This document shows positions 48,341 through 52,092 of a stretch of 52,092 nucleotides of DNA, one piece after another; position 1 is the stretch's first letter, and each line of letters starts with the position of its first letter. The translations under genes were made by a program, and so were the position numbers. The notes beneath the pieces are model-generated. The model was not told the DNA's origin. It ran no database searches and saw nothing but the letters and a program-made list of their open reading frames with translations. The stretch lies in the sequence record NC_048845.1. One strand, 5' to 3'. Source of the DNA: Escherichia phage flopper.

Positions 48341-48481
48341 TTAGATGGCACACGCACCGCTTGAGCAGTCATTATCGCCAGCACCAGGAACGATTGCTTC
48401 TTCGTCCTGCTTCTTCTTGAGTTCTTCAATTGCTTCTTCGGCAGCACCGAAGTCCAAATTGTCTAGTGCATCAATGTCCAT
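48341..48481 (-). CDS. 45-aa peptide with RNR large-subunit-like C-terminal CxxxxC tail
   Basis: MDIDALDNLDFGAAEEAIEELKKKQDEEAIVPGAGDNDCSSGACAI; GGAG RBS 5 nt upstream; the tail DCSSGACAI resembles the E. coli NrdA C-terminus CESGACKI; stop lies 8 nt before the i-spanin ATG. Confidence 0.4.
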   Translation of the reverse strand: MDIDALDNLDFGAAEEAIEELKKKQDEEAIVPGAGDNDCSSGACAI

Positions 48482-48509
48482 GAGGACTCCATGTTATTGT
48501 TGAAAGTGG

Positions 48510-48602
48510 GTGGACGAGGTTGGATTCGAACCAACGACACATCTGTCGAACAGATTGCTCTACCTGACTAAGCTCTGGAGCAGACCTTCTGAGCTACTCG
48601 TC
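48510..48602 (-). tRNA. tRNA-like element (canonical acceptor stem and T-arm; internal arms non-canonical)
   Basis: Minus strand: GGACGAG / CTCGTCC 7-bp acceptor, U8-A9, GCUC D-stem start, T-arm GTTGG-TTCGAAT-CCAAC; ~93 nt. One fold gives a class II tRNA with anticodon loop GUCAGGU (CAG, Leu); another gives a 5-nt loop hairpin. Confidence 0.4.
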
Positions 48603-49038
48603 CAAATTGGGTGGGTTTTGATAACGCAGGTTTTCCCGAACTGCGAGGCTTGTAGAATCTGTGAGCCGCCTACTGTGTTTTGACATAACGTGGGATTGAT
48701 GGTCCCGACTCACTTCATCTCAGGTACGAGGCACTACTTTGCGAGTGCAAGCAGGTGTTGAACCCAAGTACCAACAGGCAACCTAACTTATCCCACCTTT
48801 GTGGGCATCATTGGTTTGAGCAGTTTATTTCCATGCTCAGGGCAACTCACTTTAGGGTGAATTAGGTTACGCAGTGCAGCTTCGAAGTCGCTGCCACAGG
48901 CTTGAGATTCCTGTGTGGAGGGAAATCCAGAGGAGCACTTCCTCAAGGAGTTACGTTTCAAATTGGCATAGCTTCTCACACTAAACCAATTGAAGACATT
49001 CCAGTGTGCTCGTCCGTCCTCTAGAAATATCCAACTGC

Positions 49039-49234
49039 ATAATTAAGTTTGTACTCTGGTAGGAGATGCCACATAATATTTTAGGCTCCGCGCTCTCCAA
49101 CACTACCAATCATGAGTGCACCAATCTTGGCGAACAACACCAGAATACAAATTAATAATTAAGTTTGTACTCTGTCACATCCCCACGCGCACTGGAGGAC
49201 TTAAGCCTGCATTGCATCGCAGAATACAAATTAA
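49039..49234. repeat. direct repeats in non-coding region (aattaagtttgtactctg x2; agaatacaaattaat x2)
   Basis: Copies at 49039-49058 / 49154-49173 and 49141-49155 / 49219-49234. Confidence 0.5.
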
Positions 49235-49703
49235 TTATTGCTCCGATTTATTAATCACATCTCGAAGCCACAATGCGCCAAATTTGGTTACGTGGGATTG
49301 GAAGACCACGGAGAGGACTTAAATTTAATTAAGCCGCAACTCGCATTTCAGAATCATTTGCATTTATTTTAAATGAATAAAACAGTCGCAATAACTTCGG
49401 GCAGTTTAGGCCCGTCGTAAGACTCAGAAAACTACTTCAATTTGTACACAACAAATTTCCCAACATTGCCTTCCGTCGAAGGCTCATGCACTGGTGTTTG
49501 AATTATGCACAAATTGAAATAACTTCAATGAACACTCTCGTCTGGGCCATGAGCTTGGGCATCGGCCTTCCTCCCAACTCTAATCACAAGAATGCTCATT
49601 GAAGCCCACTCTTCCTTTCAGAGTGGGTTCAAGGCAGCACCGGAAAACTTCCAGTGCACGCCAGATCGATTTAGCTTAGTCTCTCAAGTTTGCCATCGGC
49701 AAC

Positions 49704-50042
49704 TTAGAATACCGGAGCTTCTTCAACAGCAGCTTCGGCAGCTTCGGCAACACTTGCGTCAGCAACTTTAGCTTCTTTCGGAGTATCGAACTTAGTACGC
49801 TCAACTTCCGGCTCGCCAGCTTCAACCCACGGCAGGTAGAATGCCAGGAACTGCTCGATGGTGTTCTTCTGCATGGAGCGAGAACGGTCGATAGCACCAA
49901 CGGTGTTCAGGTACGCTTCGGCAGCTTTCTCAATTTTAGCACCGTTTTCCAGTTTGAAGTCATGTGCATTACATTCTGCTTCGGTCAGGAACAGGGAACC
50001 ATCGTTAGCTTCGTACTGAGTTACGGTTACAATCTTAGCCAT
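49704..50042 (-). CDS. hypothetical early protein with acidic C-terminus
   Basis: 112 aa; AAGG RBS; C-terminal EAKVADASVAEAAEAAVEEAPVF. Confidence 0.5.
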   Translation of the reverse strand: MAKIVTVTQYEANDGSLFLTEAECNAHDFKLENGAKIEKAAEAYLNTVGAIDRSRSMQKNTIEQFLAFYLPWVEAGEPEVERTKFDTPKEAKVADASVAEAAEAAVEEAPVF

Positions 50043-50122
50043 TTGTATATACCTTATATTGAATAGTTTTGCACGCCACGGTGACGTGACTTAGATAAAA
50101 ATTAAAGAGCCTTTCTCTTTCC

Positions 50123-50143
50123 ACATCCAACTAATGTTTCAGA
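50123..50143 (-). promoter_or_regulatory. conserved intergenic motif copy (candidate phage promoter)
   Basis: CATCCAACTAATGTTTCAGAA about 80 nt upstream of the start at 50042, preceded by an imperfect hairpin ctgattcgt-caa-acgactcag. Confidence 0.4.
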
Positions 50144-50166
50144 ACTGCTCTGATTCGTCAAACGAC

Positions 50167-50841
50167 TCAGTATCTGTTGAATCGTTCTAGTGTTTTATTT
50201 ACTAAATCCTTTGTCTCAGCGACAGTGAGTTCAGTGATGATTGATTCGTCATAACCCTCAATCTGGATTGCTACAAAACGCCCAACTCCAGTTACAGTGA
50301 GTCGGTTTGTTCTGTCACGAACAACTACACCAGCTTCTTGCGCGACTGCTCGCAACAATTTCCAGCGTAAAGTTCGATTTGGCACAGCAAAGCCCTTTGC
50401 CGAGAACAACTCTTTCATGAGTTCTCCAAGACAAACAGCTTCAATGTTTTGTCCTCTTCCAACTAATTCTTGCAACAGGCACAGTGTCAACATTTCTAAA
50501 TTGTTGAAGTGTCCAGCGCGCTCCAAATTAAAGAACTCTGTAGGAACAGTTGAACGAGATTTAACAGCTTGCTTATATGCACGTTCTTCTTCCTGTGCAG
50601 CAAGCATTAGCATCTCCGGTTTAATGTACTTCATAGCAGAGAAGCCAGCGCGTGTGGCTTTAATTATGCGACAAGCCTCTTTCATCTTGTAGCGTTGCCA
50701 CTCACCGCGCTTCGATTCTGGATTAAAATGGACCCACATAATGATAACATCTTCCTTGGCAAGATAGACGGCATCATTATCATTGAGCCATTGCTTACAC
50801 GTTGATAGTGCAATCTCTTTGTCATCATCATGATAAGACAT
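50167..50841 (-). CDS. hypothetical early protein
   Basis: 224-aa ORF. Confidence 0.5.
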   Translation of the reverse strand: MSYHDDDKEIALSTCKQWLNDNDAVYLAKEDVIIMWVHFNPESKRGEWQRYKMKEACRIIKATRAGFSAMKYIKPEMLMLAAQEEERAYKQAVKSRSTVPTEFFNLERAGHFNNLEMLTLCLLQELVGRGQNIEAVCLGELMKELFSAKGFAVPNRTLRWKLLRAVAQEAGVVVRDRTNRLTVTGVGRFVAIQIEGYDESIITELTVAETKDLVNKTLERFNRY

Positions 50842-50844
50842 TTT

Positions 50845-51171
50845 TTAGTGGCCTTGTAGGATACGTTTGTTCGCAGTTTCTGCGTCGATTCCCAAATCAA
50901 CTAATGTCACCAAGCACTGCGAAATCCGCTCTTGCGCAGCTTTCTCCAGAATTTGGTATTTTTCGTTGTCAACGCCTAACACATTCTTGGCATGAATGAG
51001 TGTAGCCATTAGACCATGACCCAAAGCAACAGCTTGCATTGCCTGGAGTTCAAAGTTAATTGTGATTCCAGCGAGTTCGTGCTCTTTCTGGATAATCTCA
51101 ATCAACTCTTCTTTGGATTTGTCTTGTAAGTTCAAAATGGAACTCCGTAAATCGGTTGGTTTGTTGTCCAA
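50845..51171 (-). CDS. hypothetical early protein
   Basis: 108-aa ORF. Confidence 0.45.
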   Translation of the reverse strand: MDNKPTDLRSSILNLQDKSKEELIEIIQKEHELAGITINFELQAMQAVALGHGLMATLIHAKNVLGVDNEKYQILEKAAQERISQCLVTLVDLGIDAETANKRILQGH

Positions 51172-51452
51172 TTGCGAGTTGCGATTTGCATGGACTTGTT
51201 TGGGCCGTAGTAGAAATATTTCTTAACTTCGGCAAGGGTGTAGTTGGCACTGCTTTCCAGCAACTCCTTGAAGGTGTGTTTCCAGAATCCGTCTTTCTCA
51301 GACAGACTTACGTGGAAAGAATTAGTGCCGTTATAGTACCAACGCCCACCAACGAGAACGAAGTGGATTGTTTCTTCCTCTCCTTCCCCACTTGAAGGTA
51401 ACATTAGGACATTTCTCAACGTCAAAACTTTAGCAGAATGCTTGCGAATCAT
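51132..51452 (-). CDS. hypothetical early protein (start moved to internal ATG with GGAGA RBS)
   Basis: ATG at 51452 is preceded by GGAGAGTTCCT; the longer ORF to 51590 has no RBS. Confidence 0.45.
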   Translation of the reverse strand: MIRKHSAKVLTLRNVLMLPSSGEGEEETIHFVLVGGRWYYNGTNSFHVSLSEKDGFWKHTFKELLESSANYTLAEVKKYFYYGPNKSMQIATRNWTTNQPIYGVPF

Positions 51453-52092
51453 AGGAACTCTCCAATTTTTCGATTCAGTGTTTGTGACTTCTCTTCTCAT
51501 CTTTTGGCCAGGAACAGGCCACAGGGTAGCGCAGGAAGGCCGAAAATCGGGCCGCTGCCTACCGTTTGTGTCAATTCTGGATAACTGCATTGGTGAAGGG
51601 TTACTCCCGTTAGGGGTGCGATACGCTAATCACATGAGTGTCGTCGCCTTGCGGCTCAGGCGTGTCACAGAGGCTTTGCAACCCTTCCCAATACATTCAC
51701 CCAATCCACCTGCTTTGGCATAGCTGGTGGCGCGGTTTTGTGCGGATTATGCCACTCTAAGCCCTGTTTGTCCGACTTCCTCAGAGCACCAGCAGCTTGT
51801 GGCACAAACCTATTTTCGAATGACTAACATAAGCATGAGGCATTACCCTCTAATTATTCAGCCCTAACAGCTTGCTTATTTAGTTCCAATTCATCCCAAT
51901 ACATCGCCTATAACAAGTGAATAGCTTTTCTGCGAATAAGTATTCCGGCCCTTTGGCCTATGTTAAAAGATAAATGTATATGATGGAAACATTCCATCTG
52001 AAAGCAAACTAACTTCCCACAGGCATCGAACCTGTAATCCAGTGTAGATTTCTACACGAAGCAGTTTGCTTACACGATGTTGTCTCTTCAAT

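Noticed and set aside
1-52092. Integrase, excisionase or repressor genes indicating a temperate lifestyle.
   Set aside because: No ORF shows tyrosine/serine recombinase or CI-like motifs; the tRNA-like elements are not next to any recombinase.

Overview
This window looks like a near-complete genome (about 52 kb) of a virulent tailed dsDNA phage, with every convincing gene on the minus strand, so transcription runs from high to low coordinates. The gene set combines a T7-like replication and transcription module with a contractile-tail (myovirus-type) structural module, and no integrase was found. By recollection this is the architecture described for phiEcoM-GJ1-like (Chaseviridae) phages, but no database search was run. 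All functional calls are from motifs read by eye in the translated ORFs. Main blocks: short single-subunit RNA polymerase (8712-10652); primase-helicase, family A DNA polymerase, 5'-3' exonuclease, HNH endonuclease, DNA ligase, dNMP kinase, dUTPase and ThyX (37.7-46.8 kb); terminase, portal, capsid, sheath, tube, chaperone, tape-measure-like protein, baseplate and fibres (13.3-36.9 kb); holin, SleB-family hydrolase and nrdB (11.3-13.3 kb); and many small early genes (0.2-7.3 kb and 49.7-51.5 kb). The most interesting observations are: a tape-measure-like protein carrying a YqaJ/lambda-exonuclease-like nuclease domain plus a lytic transglycosylase; a 45-aa peptide ending in an RNR large-subunit-like CxxxxC tail in a genome with nrdB but no nrdA; a small protein ending in the E. 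coli SSB C-terminal tip; two candidate -1 programmed frameshifts (tail chaperone, and a head protein fused to Ig-like repeats); a ~22-bp motif repeated in at least ten intergenic positions; a 1.1-kb non-coding region packed with ACATGC half-sites; and a tRNA-like element in a 2.5-kb gene-poor region.
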